In this document: piece by piece, positions 26,500 to 39,100 of the stretch
Layout of the letters: each line of letters starts with the position of its first letter
Numbering within the stretch: the stretch's first letter is position 1
Assembly: GCA_028023455.1 (NCBI GenBank)
Contig: JAQFVV010000006.1
Span: 5,456,001 to 5,520,000, forward strand
Reading direction: 5' to 3'
From: Epiperipatus broadwayi
Lineage: Eukaryota > Animalia > Onychophora
Length of the DNA stretch: 64,000 nucleotides
Program-made: the position numbers and the translations under genes
The notes under the pieces: generated by a model
What the model was told of the DNA's origin: nothing
Databases searched by the model: none
What the model saw: only the letters and a program-made list of their open reading frames with translations

Positions 26500-27600
26500 C
26501 TCATTCCTACACAAAAAATGAACTCACCATATATAGTAGGAAGCAGTAGTCACTGAATGAAGTTTCCATTACCAAAAAATCATTCCCTCAAATTAATAAG
26601 TTATAACACTTTCAGTTTCTAAAGATCATAAATTTTATTAATAACTCTGCAAAATCAAACCTGCACTAGTAAGTAGTACTATAAATCTCAAGAGTTCTCT
26701 ACAGTAGTGGTTACCACTTACATTTAGATTCCATAGATAATATATCTTTATGTATTTTCGTAACATATCCAGATGAATAGATGACTGGTTCTCTGTCCAA
26801 TCTTTCTGCTTAAGTATTATCACTTATGAAGTGATATAGTTTATCTATTCACCAGAAAAATGTTAAGGCACTAATTTATCTGAATTATGAGTCATAATAT
26901 GAAATGTGATCATGTATTTTGTACTTTTATCCATGACCTTTAATGTGTTCACTGCGATATTACAAAAGCTGTTTTGCCAATTTTAAACAAAATTTAACAT
27001 TAGTGCATAGTTAAAGTACGAAACAAATTTTATGTCATAATTTATTATTCCAACAAGCTAACTCCTTAAAGTTTTGTGGTGAATAGTGGAACTATATTAC
27101 TATTAACTTGTCTGTTAATTCAGAGGTGGCACTACAGGTACTTTGGTAAAAGAATCAGACACCAACATCAAAATGTTAGCTTATGTATGAAAATATTATT
27201 TTAGTAATATCTTGATATTTAATCCAAAAATGATTTATTACTATTTTTTGTTGCTCCATGATACAATGGGAGCACATTTTCTTGCCATATCCATAACCTG
27301 ATTTTGAATCCAGGCTGAAACTTAAAACTTTTTGGAACAAGCTTAGGATTTTTCATTCATATAGTTGGCTCATAACAACTTCGCTAACCATGTAATATTG
27401 GTCAGTTAAATGGGCATTTAGCGATTTTTTGCTAGAAATTAAGAATAGAAAACTATTCAACACTCTCAAACAGTCAATTGGAACATATAATTTCTTCTTC
27501 ACCTTCATGTGTGAACTATTTAAAGATGGCTTTACTTACTTACCAGTTCTTTATAATAATTTAATTCCTCTTTGAATATGATAGCAAAATAATGTACTAA
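26500..27600 (-). mobile_element. Highly degenerate hAT-like transposase remnant
   Basis: Minus-strand fragments such as MVSEVVMSQL resemble Buster/ZBED5-like transposase; many stops. Confidence 0.3.
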
Positions 27601-28098
27601 AGAAAATATAATTTTCATTTTTAAACACCTTTTTCATAGTAACCAAATATTTTAAATAGTGCTAACTTTATCATATATCTGAAATAAATAATTTTAATTA
27701 TTTTTTCCACATTTTTTAAATATTTTTTTTAAATTCCTAACAATAGGTTTAGTTAGTTAATGCTTCCTTTAACCAAATTTGAATTTTAGCCAAAATTTTT
27801 AAAAAAATAATAGCAAAATGAATGTGTAATATATATATGCCCATCCTTTTTCAGTGTATTTAAATGGGCTTAAGGTTCTACATATGAAAGGTCAGAATGA
27901 CTTTCAATAAACATTTATATGACCACAAAACTGGCAAACAAGGTCTTTAAAAATGCCATCAACAGACTTTCAATGATATGGATAGCTGAATAGTTAAAGA
28001 GTGGAGAATATTGAAGCCTATTCCTTAAAGTTTGAAGATTTGCTATCCTAATATAAACTGAGCACTGATTATATATGCATGGGAGATGATGATTTGAA

Positions 28099-28140
28099 CC
28101 AACTGATGAGTGCAGGTTCAGCATGAAATAAGTATATTGG
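28099..28140 (+). ncRNA. Type I HHR-like motif (family C), core intact
   Basis: CCAA CTGATGA GTGC aggttca GCAT GAAA TAAGTA TA TTGG: stem I CCAA/TTGG, stem II GTGC/GCAT, near-palindromic stem III. Flanks are homologous to 45500-46210. Confidence 0.7.
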
Positions 28141-28199
28141 AGATATTTATCTGTTTTAAAAAAATCATAACGTTAAAAAACCTTATTTTTATTTCAAAC

Positions 28200-29900
28200 G
28201 CTTCTCCTTGGCCTTTCAAGTTTAATCAAAAATCCCCTCTCTGTTTTTTTTTTTTTCTTTTTAAACGCAAATCAAATAAATAAATTTAACATATTATACT
28301 CAAATTTACATTTCCCCAAAAAAATAATAATAATAATGATTAAATATTTTTCTCTTTTAAAAATAAATAAATAAATAGTTTTACATACAACCTTTTATAC
28401 TTTCCATTGTTTAATAAAGCCCTTTCCCACCTAATTTAGCTGGCCTTTTCTATTTTCTTTGTCAGTTTTCTTGCAATAGTTTCTAATATATCTCTTATGG
28501 AATTCTTCCATACTTAATAACCTATTAATCTGCTTTTGTTTCCTTTTAATTTTCTTTATTATATTAATCCTAATTCCCAAAGAATGAAACCGTTTCTGCC
28601 CATTAAGGGTTTTATCTTTTATTTAATTATATATAAAACTCTTTGTTTGATTCACACCTTGACCATAACCTTTCCGATATTTTGCTTTTTTCCATTATCT
28701 TCCTTCGTTTCCTTTTTTTGCTTTTTTTAAAAATAGTTTCCAATCTTTAGGCTTGGAGAAACACCCATTTCGTTTCCTTTTTTGTGCCCTTTGTTAAATC
28801 TGTTTGTTTTTGTGTTTTGTCGTTTTTGGTTGTTTTCCGTCTCTAGGTTCCGTGTTTCTCTGTGTTGTTTGGTTGTTTTGGGAAATGGAAGGATGAAAGT
28901 TAGGGGGGGGGGTTAGGGTGGGGTTTTTTTGTCGTTTTTTGCAGTGATATTTGGGAGAAAAGGTGGAGAGTGGGGAAGGGTGGGTAAGAGATGGGGATTA
29001 ATTTAGTGAAGAAAAATAAATATAATGATGGTTAATACTGAGGAAGAGAAGTGTGATTTTATTGGGAGATATTAGTTAGTGTGGTGAATAGATTGTTTTT
29101 GGGATTATTTTAAGTAATCAGAAAATTATTTGGATGAATGGGAGAAAAAATTGATAAAGAAGCAAAGAAAAGAAAGGGATTGATAAAGAAATTAACAGTA
29201 TTTTCATAATAAATATGATGTAGCTAGAATTATATGGAAAGGAATTGCGAACGGGTTAACATAGGTAATGATGCTATGTAGTAAAAAGATATTAGATTAT
29301 TTAGAAAAAGCTCAAAGGGAAGTAGGAAGACAGCATGGATGAGAAGTAGGAAGCAAGGAGGCAATTCAAGGAGAAATGGGATGTCAAGTTTTCATAGAAA
29401 GATGCAAAAAGTAAAATGGGTTTGGTGTTTGGTAAATTTATTCAGGGAAGTTTCTAGAAAGTAAAAATTTGTTTTATGGTAAAGCTATTTATTTGTGGCG
29501 TAAGTGTAAAGGTGTTTTGAAGTTTATTTTTTGGTGGGTTGTAGGGTTTGGTTTGTTAGGGTAATAATTATTATAAAGGGTGGGGAATGAATTAGTGTGT
29601 GGTAGGTATTTTTTTCCCGGGTCTTTAGATAATTGGGTGTTTTTTGGGGAATTTAGGTTTTTAGGTTGAAAATAAAGAAGGTGTGTTTTTTTTGTTTGAA
29701 GTGGGGGTTTAGTATATTTTGTTGGGAATGTTGGGTATTAGGGGGGTGTAAAAGTGTAATTTTCGTATTTTATTCGCTTGTTTAGACTTCTCCTTTTTTT
29801 AGTCTCCTCTCTTCTTTTTAAAGTTTCTATTTTTTCTATTTTTTTTCCCTTTTATTTGTATTCTGCTAAACCACTTTCAAGTCTTCTAAAATTTAAAACT
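28200..29900. mobile_element. Degenerate non-LTR retrotransposon 3' region, probably internally inverted
   Basis: + strand near 29220-29400 reads RIIWKGIANGLT...LDYLEKAQREVGR...EAIQGEMG (post-RT LINE region). Strand skew reverses near 28850. Confidence 0.5.
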
Positions 29901-29949
29901 TTTTAGCTACCGTATATTCCTTGAAGGTTTCATTTTTTGTTTTAAAAGT

Positions 29950-30900
29950 GTACAGGATGCCGAGTAGCAGAACTCTAAGTTATCTTTCACACATCGATTA
30001 AAGTTTCAACATTCACATAACCGTTACTATCTAAAACCTTGTTCCATGAAACTAGAAGTTATTTTTAATTCATTTGTTAATCTGTTTATAAAAGTGTTTT
30101 CATTTTAATATAAATACGGGTTTTCAACAATTCTCCTATTCTTAGTTGTATCTGGGCATTTTTGTAAAACTTTTTCGAGTCCTGTTCAATTTATGTTGCA
30201 ACTTAAATAAATTCTCCAAAGATTTGTAAAAAATAGGTTTATTAACTACTTTAAAAATAAAAATAAACATAGCTATAAAGTATGCTCTAAGAAGTTTTCT
30301 CTAACTCTCTTCTATATTAGAAGAAGTTCCACACTTCAGTTTTGATTGTTTTAATAATAAAAATGGAGGTGATTACATATAATAATGAGGTGACATTACA
30401 CTCCTCCAATAGAGGGAAATGTCTATCTTAATAGTTACTTAGATAAACAGGTGTTTATTGTTTGGGTGTTTATATTCTGTATTATCTACTGAAATCTTTT
30501 CCAAGGTTTTGGTATCTGGTAGTCTGGAGTTGGCTCTGAGTTATCAGGTCTCTTTTCAGAAGGTTTATTCCCATTGATTTGGTGTATATGTATATTGATT
30601 TGGATTGATGTGAGGGATATGATTAAAATCTCTTGTATCTAAATTATCTTTGTTTGTATGTAGTATATTTTTGGAAGTTATGAATTACTTTGCCCTTTAT
30701 CAAATTTGTGTACAATCTCTAATCAAACCTTCTCACCTACAAGAAACTTCTCTGACTTTTTATTAAAGTGTTAAGAAAAGAATTAAAATTGTACACTTTA
30801 GGTTTGAGGAATCAAGGTTTTAGAAGTAGCTAATGGTTATGTGAACTGTTGAAAAAACTTTAAATAGATGATGTGGTTGAAAGATTAACTATTTTTTTTA
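29950..30900 (-). mobile_element. Possible PLE remnant with short inverted ends
   Basis: About 29990-30030 is inverted against 30828-30870; minus interior has a weak GIY-YIG-like KRVRE segment. Confidence 0.3.
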
Positions 30901-31499
30901 GACTTATTTTTAAAAATAGATTTCCAATCCTTTAAAGACATTAAGGAAACATTGGAGATCCTGTTCAACTGCACCAAATTTATTTCTGTTTGTGACAACA
31001 TTATGGACAAATAAATCATATTGGATATTTGACCATCATAGTGATTCTGTTTTATATGTACATGGTCATGTGTATCAGTCATATAAACTGAAGTGGATAA
31101 CTAGAGGGAGCTTGAAAATCGGGGTTCAAATCCCCACTAATTATATATATATATATGAGCCCACTAATTATATATATATGAGCCTAAGATACAATGTCTT
31201 AAATGTCTCCATTAGTTGTTCAGTTTTATTAATATTGTGTCAAATATCTACACTCTCATTTGTGATACCATCCACTTTAAACAAAGACATTAATAATTAT
31301 TTGTCACTTATTAGGCTAGAAAATATATTATTTCATATGGAAAAAGAGGGATGCAGCTAGATTAATGATACTATGTGGTTGAGTTTATTAAAATCAGACA
31401 TAATAATCTTTAATTGATTTTAAAGTTGATTGTCAGGGCTAAGAGTGATATGATAATCCTTTTCTCTAACAAATGATTAATTATAATCATGAATATATT

Positions 31500-32135
31500 A
31501 TGCACTAAATACTGCATGACCACCATTTTCTATGCTTACACAAGTTATCATAGCAGAGGTAAAACTTTTTATACATCAGTGCCATCCAGTGTGAGCCACA
31601 GTAATCAATGGATGGAAGAAGATTTGTGCTTAAAATTCCTATCTAGTATCTATTCTTTCAATATCTCCATACTAGTTTTTAGCTTGCGGCACTCATCAGT
31701 GAGGAGTTTTGGATCTGAGAACACTGCACCTATATCTTAGGATCTAATGCAACTCTCTAGCAGCCACTTTTTATCATTTTATTTAAATATAAAGTTATGA
31801 GTCCGAATGAAAATACAATAATGTTTGGACTCATTCACCTGTATATTTATATAGATCTGAGTTCACTTTAGCATCTGTACATTTTGGTGCCTTTGGTTCT
31901 TTAATAACCATAGTCACCATCATTCTATTTGGAAAAATTGCTATTACACCACTAAACATTATATGATCACCATTCCCTATGTTTATCAAAACCACAAACT
32001 GAAAAACGATCTGGAGATATTGAATGAGTAGACACTAGATAGGGATTTTATGCACAAACCTTCCTGTATCTATTGATTACTCTGTCTTACCACTAGGTGG
32101 CACTACTATATGGAAAGTTTTGCCTCTGTTGTCAT
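31500..32135. mobile_element. HHR family A: full 448-bp minus monomer plus short inverted copy
   Basis: ATGA(C/T)CACCATT at about 31516 and 31964. Minus HHR at 31664-31705; + arm starts within the HHR at about 31987. Confidence 0.8.
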
Positions 32136-33819
32136 GGATGTATTTATCTTAATTGGATCCTGTTAAAGTTATGAGTGTAGAAAATTTAACACTTCTATGT
32201 CAAATTGTAAAAAAAAGTTGTATATATTTATTAAACATTATATTATTATATACAATTAATAATCATGCTGTAAGCAAAAGAATTAAACACATGAGAAAAG
32301 TTGTTTATGAATCCCTCCATCATCTTCAGACTACATGAGGAAAATTACTATCATTCTTATAAAATCTTATAGAACAGCATCACACCGCAGTAAACTCTGC
32401 TCACCTACTTTTTACAGTACAACTATTAATTATATACCTATACAAAATCTTTGTCATTGATTTGTTATATGTAAGTATAATGTATATTTTTCAATTTGCA
32501 TCCCTCCTATTAATTCTACATACTACAATCATTAACCGGCACAAAAACTCAGGCCATCCTTTTTCTCTATGCATGCATTTCAGGAACTCCTTCACTTATT
32601 GGATAAGCTAAAGAGATATTTAGTTAGTGAATAGATATCTATCCATTCATAACTATTGGGTAAACAAGAACGAAAAATACTCAAGTTGTCACCAACTGAT
32701 GGTTGTCAAACTTGGTCAATATTAACTTTTCCTTTACTGTTTCTCTAGGAGGGCAACCAGTGAGGTCTTTGCCCCAGTGCCTGTTTAACGATTGTATATT
32801 TATATATGTATGCTCTTTACCTGATTCTTATTCAATGTTTTTTTTTTTTTTATTAACAAGAAATAATTATTGTATTATTATTTTTTTAATGTGTGGTTTA
32901 GAGCAATTGTAGAATGATAGTCTTGAAAACTAAAAGTTTTTGTAATGAATTTTCCCCCAGACATTTTTTGGTGTTCAAGCATCACATTACCTTCTAAGCA
33001 ACAATCATTTAGTTATTTAATATATTTACATTTATTAATATCATTTCATTAGATTTAAAAATATTTCTTCGTTGTAAATCGGATGATTTCGCGTTGTTAA
33101 TTTATATATATAATATTTAGTGGATCAAATGTGAAGGTATTTAAGCTTCACATTCTTAGTTCAAAATGCTTGAGTCTGGCTTATTTAAATATAATTGAGG
33201 CATAGATTTAGATGGATCCATCTTTTTCTAATAGTTCTGGCTTGTGTTTTAGAATTTAGAGTCCCATGTGATGCCATTATTCCATCTGATTGGCTGTCAC
33301 TTAAGCATTTTTAAAGCGTATCTGTTTGCAGGTGTTTAGCTTTCACGTTATTATATTATCTGTTTACGCTTAAAATTTAATATATTTACATTTATTTACA
33401 TAACGAAATTGAAAACTAGCTAGCAAAATTTTTGATTAAAGAAGAAAAACAATGGCCAAGGACAATTGCTGATGTTATTGTTTAAATTTCTTTAATATCC
33501 CAAACAACTTTTAGTAAATCATTTAATATTTTTACATAGGTAACGGTTACATTTAATTTTCATAAATCTAAATATACAGTATATATTTTTTAAACATAGA
33601 ATGAGAACAAGCCCGCCCTCTATTGAATGAATTGTATAATAAAATTTAGCATGTATTAGAACATTACAAATTTCTGATTTATAAAATGTTATTATTATAT
33701 ATATCAACTAATATCTTAGTTACTGGGAATTCATTAAAAAACACTCTATACTTTGATTTATATATTAATATATTATAATTTAAAAACTTCTAATATAATG
33801 AACAATTATATAATTTTAG

Positions 33820-33883
33820 GTATGTGCTTCAAGGAGAATTTTTACCTGTTCATTTAAGAGCAAAAGTTTTGTTATCCCAGCAG
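33820..33883 (+). CDS. SVOP: SVOP/SVOPL-family exon C (G plus YVLQGEFLPVHLRAKVLLSQQ)
   Basis: ttttag acceptor and GTATGA donor; 64 nt completes the phase-2 codon; EFLP..R motif. Confidence 0.88.
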
Positions 33884-34299
33884 GTATGATTTTAAAAATG
33901 TACATTTTTTGTATGCAGTTGACTAATACATGTATTGATATAACTGTGGTGTGCTTTTTTAAAAATAATAATAATCAAATAGGCTGACAATTGAGATATC
34001 ATGTTATATTTGGATATGTTGATCTGAATACAACAATTCTGTCAAAATAAGAATCTATGAATCCACTATTCTATCACTGAACTAGTCATATAGAACATAC
34101 ATTTAACAAGATGCCATCTATTTTGTATTTATTACGTAATACAATCAAATATTACATATTTCATATACATGCTAGTTCCTGTTTTGATAAGCCTTATTCC
34201 AGTATCTCTTATAATTGTTACTAATCTTTATGATAGTTCTAAGAATGAACTTAACATGAATAGGTTATATCATGCTGCATGTAGACAATTAATAATCTC

Positions 34300-34480
34300 C
34301 AATCTTTACACCCTTAAATTAATGCTTTTTATTATATATATATATTGCATACAGTTTCAACCGATTTGCAGCCTTCATCAGAATTGTTTTTAACTTTGAA
34401 TAAAAACTTATGGAATAGCTTTGATGAAGACTATAGATCAATTAAAACATAATAAAATGTCAAATAAAAAGCAGTGGATT
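34300..34480. ncRNA. Head-to-head pair of degenerate HHR-like motifs (family D)
   Basis: Minus CTGATGA A GGCT gcaaatc GGTT GAAA CTG TA (34350-34381); plus TTGATGA A GACT atagatc AATT AAAA (34421-34447). Both are followed by AATAAAAAGCA. Confidence 0.5.
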
Positions 34481-34689
34481 CAATTGCATGAAAGTGGAAT
34501 AATTTATATTTTGTATTTATACTAAAAACCAATATAAAATGATTACATTTTAAAAAATAGGACACCATGAGACTAAATATCTGTGATCGCAATCAATAGT
34601 TGGTATTCTTATTAACATTTATATTAAAAAAACTGCGTATCTAATTGATTCCATACCTATAAACAAATTTCATTATAATTATTGTGATA

Positions 34690-35050
34690 GTTTCTTCATC
34701 ATCACCGTCAACCATTATCAGTCCACTGCAGAATGAAGGTCTCTCAAGTTCAATCCATCTTCTTCAATCTTTAGCTTTTATTCTTCGCATCACCGCTGCA
34801 CACTTTCTTATATTATCTATCCATCTCACATGTGGTCTCTTTCTGTGTCTTTTACAATCTCTTGGGATCCAGTTTAAGATTTTAATTGTCCATCTATTAT
34901 CATCTCTTCTAGCAATATGTCCAGCCCAACTCTACTTCAATCTTTTAATTTTTTCAATGAGGTCAGTAACACCTGTTTGTTCTCTTACCCATACATTGCA
35001 TTTTCAATCTCTTCTTGTTACTCCTAACATGCATCTCTTCATATGAGGTC
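34690..35050 (-). mobile_element. RTE-like LINE 3' fragment
   Basis: Homologous to 12020-12330, including the terminal CATC/GAT-type repeats. Confidence 0.75.
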
Positions 35051-35878
35051 TTGTTTACTTCATTTTTTTAAATTGAGTAGCCCTATTCATGTTGAGTTTT
35101 ATGATGAATAGTCAAAAGACTGTAAACTTTCATGCAGTATAAAGCTGCATTAGAAACAGGAATTTCTTTATTTAATCTATTTCAAAGATATATTTCATAA
35201 TCTGAATAATATTTTCAGTCTAATAAAATTAAGAATTGATGCTTCTAATATAGAAGTCCAAGATAAATTGAAAATGTCATATGATAGACTGTTTAGTATA
35301 TTTCATCTTTTGCTAAAAGTCAAATATGCCTAAAATTAACATATTACTGAAGTCACATAAATATAATTACTGGTTTAATGTCAAGTCCATACATTTTTGG
35401 AAATGAGATGGCTTGAATTTAAAATCTTAAAAATATTTCATTTTCAGATTTTTAGGTTAGATATTTACTACTGAAGGAAATGAATAGCCAAAAAAACTAG
35501 CCTATACATTTGATATCTTGCAATCATCCAATCTCTTGTAAATATTTAAATTTATGACCAGTGACTGTGGTTTAAGTGCATTAAATTACTGTTCTTAATA
35601 CTAGTCAGTGGCTTTATATCAGTTTAGATATAACACTTTTGGTAATAATGTGTCATAAATATTAATCAACCAGATATGCGTCCAATTTATTCAATTCACA
35701 TAAGTTCAGTTTATTAAGCTTATTGAATGCCATCTGGATTTCTATATGCAAAATAATCTTTGAAATAAATCAACTGGTTACTCTGACAGTTCTTTTATCA
35801 TGATTATGCCAATGCCCAAAGATAGTGCTTGAGAGTAAAACAAATAAGTAAAAGATGGCTTCTATGAGAAAGGTGTTC

Positions 35879-37739
35879 TAGATACAAAAATCTAAATGCA
35901 CTGTTCCCAGATCCAGAAGCTCTTTGATGATGAAAACCATAAGCCTGTAACTAATCTGGGTATATTGGTTAGGACAGTAATACCAGAAAGGTGGTCTAGA
36001 TACAAAAATCTAGATTCCCTGTTCCCAGATCCAGAAGCTCTTTGATAATGAAAACCATAAGCATGAAACTAATCTGGGTATATTGGTTAGGACAGTAATA
36101 CCAGAAAGTGGTCTAGATACAAAAATCTAAGATTCCCTGTTCCCAGATCCAGAAGCTCTTTGATGATGAAAACCATAAGCATGAAACTAATCTGGGTATA
36201 TTGGTTAGGACAGTAATACCAGAAAGGTGGTCTAGATACAAAAATCTAAATGCCCTATTTCCAGATCCAGATGCTCTTTTATGATGAAAACCATAAGCAT
36301 GAAACTAATCTGGGTATATTGGTTAGGACAGTAATACCAGAAAGGTGGTATAGGTACAAAAATCTAAATGCCCTATTCCCAGATCCAGAAGCTCTTTGAT
36401 GATGAAAACCATAAGCCTGAAACTAATCTGGGTATATTGGTTAGGACAGTAATACCAGAAAGGTGGTCTAGATACAAAAATCTAAATGCCCTATTCCCAG
36501 ATCTAGAAGCTCTTTGATGATGAAAGCCATAAGCATGAAACTAATCTGGGTATATTGGTTAGGACAGTAATACCAGAAAGGTGGTCTAGATACAAAAATC
36601 TAAATGCCCTATTCTCAGATCCAGAAGCTCTTTGATGATGAAAACCATAAGCCTGAAACTAATCTGGGTATATTGGTTAGGACAGTAATACCAAAAAGGT
36701 GCTCTAGATACAAAAATCTAAATGCCCTATTCCCAGATCCAGAAGCTCTTTGATGATGAAGACCATAAGCCTGAAACTAATCTGGGTATATTGGTTAGGA
36801 CAGTAATACCAGAAAGGTGGTCTAGATACAAAAATCTAAATGCCCTGTTCCCAGATCCAGAAGCTTTTTGATGATGAAAATCATAAGCCTGTAACTAATC
36901 TGGGTATATTGGTTAGGACAGTAATACCAGAAAGGTAGTCTAGATACAAAAATATAGATTCCCTGTTCCCAGATCGATGATGAAAACCATAAGCCTGAAA
37001 CTAATCTGGGTATATTGTTTAGGGCAGTAATACCAGAAAGGTGGTCTAGATACAAAAATCTAAATGCCCTATTCCCAGATCCAGAAGCTTTTTGATGATG
37101 AAAACCATAAGCCTGTAACTAATCTGGGTATATTGGTTAGGGCAGTAATACCAGAAAGGTGGTCTAGATACAAAAATCTAAATGCCTTATTCCCAGATAC
37201 AGAAGCTCTTTGATGATGAAAACCATGAGTCTGAAACTAATCTGGGTATATTGGTTAGGACAGTAATACCAGAAAGGTGGTCTAGATACAAAAATCTAAA
37301 TGCCCTATTCCCAGATCCAGAAGCTCTTTGATGATGAAAACCATAATCTGGAAACTAATCTGGGTATATTGGTTAGGACAGTAATACCAGAAAGGTGGTC
37401 TAAATACAAAAATCTAAATGCACTATTCCCAGATCCAGAAGCTCTTTGATGATGAAAACCATAAGCCTGAAACTAATCTGGGTATATTGGTTAGGACAGT
37501 AATACCAGAAAGGTGGTCTAGATACAAAAATCTAAATGCCCTATTCCCAGATCCAGAAGCTCTTTGATGATGAAAACCATAATCTGGAAATTAATCTGGG
37601 TATATTGGTTAGGACAGTAATACCAGAAAGGTGGTCTAGATACAAAAATCTAAATGCCCTATTCCCAGATCCAGAAGCTCTTTGATGATGAAAACCATAA
37701 GCCTGAAACTAATCTGGGCATATTGGTTAGGACAGTAAT
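35879..37739 (+). repeat. 118-bp tandem array, about 16 copies, derived from the family A HHR region
   Basis: Unit TAGATACAAAAATCTAAATGCCC...GAAAGGTGGTC contains CAGATCCAGAAGCTCTTTG ATGATGA AAAC CATAA GCCT GAAA CTAA TC TGGGTATATTGG; one copy has a deletion near 36975. Confidence 0.92.
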
Positions 37740-38659
37740 AGATATGAATTTATTAAACACTATCACTACATCAAAGACATAACTTTTAAAACAGATTTAG
37801 TATTCGTTACTACCTCTTCATATTGCTTGTATCATTCACATCAAAGTTTCAGAAAATCTTTGGCCCTGGGTGATCTATTTGACACATATCATGGGATCAT
37901 TCTTGAGTTTCAATTCTCTTAATATAATTATTTGTTATTTCCTCCATACGATGTCATAAGATTGCCTTTGTTTTTTTTCATGAAAAATGTTTTCCAATGT
38001 TATAATGTGAAAATTGTAAAGAGCATAGTACAACAGTAATGCATATTTCTCACATGACAAAAATCTGGATTCAAATTCCATCCAGGAAAATGTAGCCATT
38101 TTTCCAGGATTGACCTTACAGGTAGCCCGTTTACAGGCAACACCACTAACCATCCAAAACATCATGGTAAATGAGTATTCTGCTATTCTTGGTTAAAGGA
38201 TAAAACAAAGTTGAAAACAAATCAAACTTACTTCTTCCAGCAATTGGCAAATCTGGTAAAGCAGATCTTTTTCTTCATTGTTCCTTTATGGATGGATGTA
38301 GTAACCTTTGCTGTGTAAAAAATTAATTAGGAATTCTTTTGCTTATCTATCAATGTGACAACTGATGATTTTAAATTTTATATTGCCTAAATTTGTATTT
38401 CATCAACTTTATTACTGTATATAAAAAAGTTCATTATGTATTTCAATTTGTAAACAATGTTTAATCAGATAAACTGTTTTATTTTTAAAAAATAATGGAA
38501 GGGGTAATGGGTTAATTGCTGAAGAAAAAGATAATTGATTGTTTTTGAAAGATGCTTAGCCATTAAAAAAGGATGAACTTGCCACAATACCTGTAACTTG
38601 AACTCCAGAATGATTATTTCTATCACTGCATGGAATAAAGAGTAGCTTAAATTATTAAC

Positions 38660-39100
38660 ATATACTTTTTAATTACAATTTCACAGTTTCAACTATCTAC
38701 ACAATCTTCTTCAGAGTAATAAGTGGACGAAATGTTTTACTGTTTATTATTTCACATATTACTTTGTGATGTCATAGTAATGCATCTGCCTTCATTACTT
38801 ATAACCTACATTCAAATCCAAATTTAATAATTTTTTGACCAAGCTTAGTATATAAACAATTCAACTACTGTTTACTATCAGTCAGTAAATGAGTGTTCTT
38901 CTGTACTTAGTTAGAGGACAAAACATAAGATGGAAAACTTAAACTTGATTAATATTGCTATCTCATTTATTGTTTCACAATAAGAAACTGTTTGGGAAAT
39001 CTATGCTATGAAAAGGGCTAATTAAAGTCCATATCTTTTACATATAAGTTCTTTATTATATAGTTATATGCATTTTGTTTGACTAGTAATGTAGTGAGAC
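38660..39100 (-). mobile_element. Probable PLE 3' remnant with HHR-like motif (38682-38717)
   Basis: Minus CTGAAGA A GATTGT gtag ATAGTT GAAA CTG; upstream weak endonuclease-like LLNLDLNVG; stem I not evident. Confidence 0.45.

Noticed and set aside
35879-37739. CRISPR-like array
   Set aside because: Whole units repeat with no unique spacers, there are no cas genes, and the context is a eukaryotic intron. The same applies to 54191-55742.
37760-38300. Integrase-like remnant on the minus strand
   Set aside because: Only faint resemblance (SCEK, IDHPGP) amid stops; not supportable by eye.
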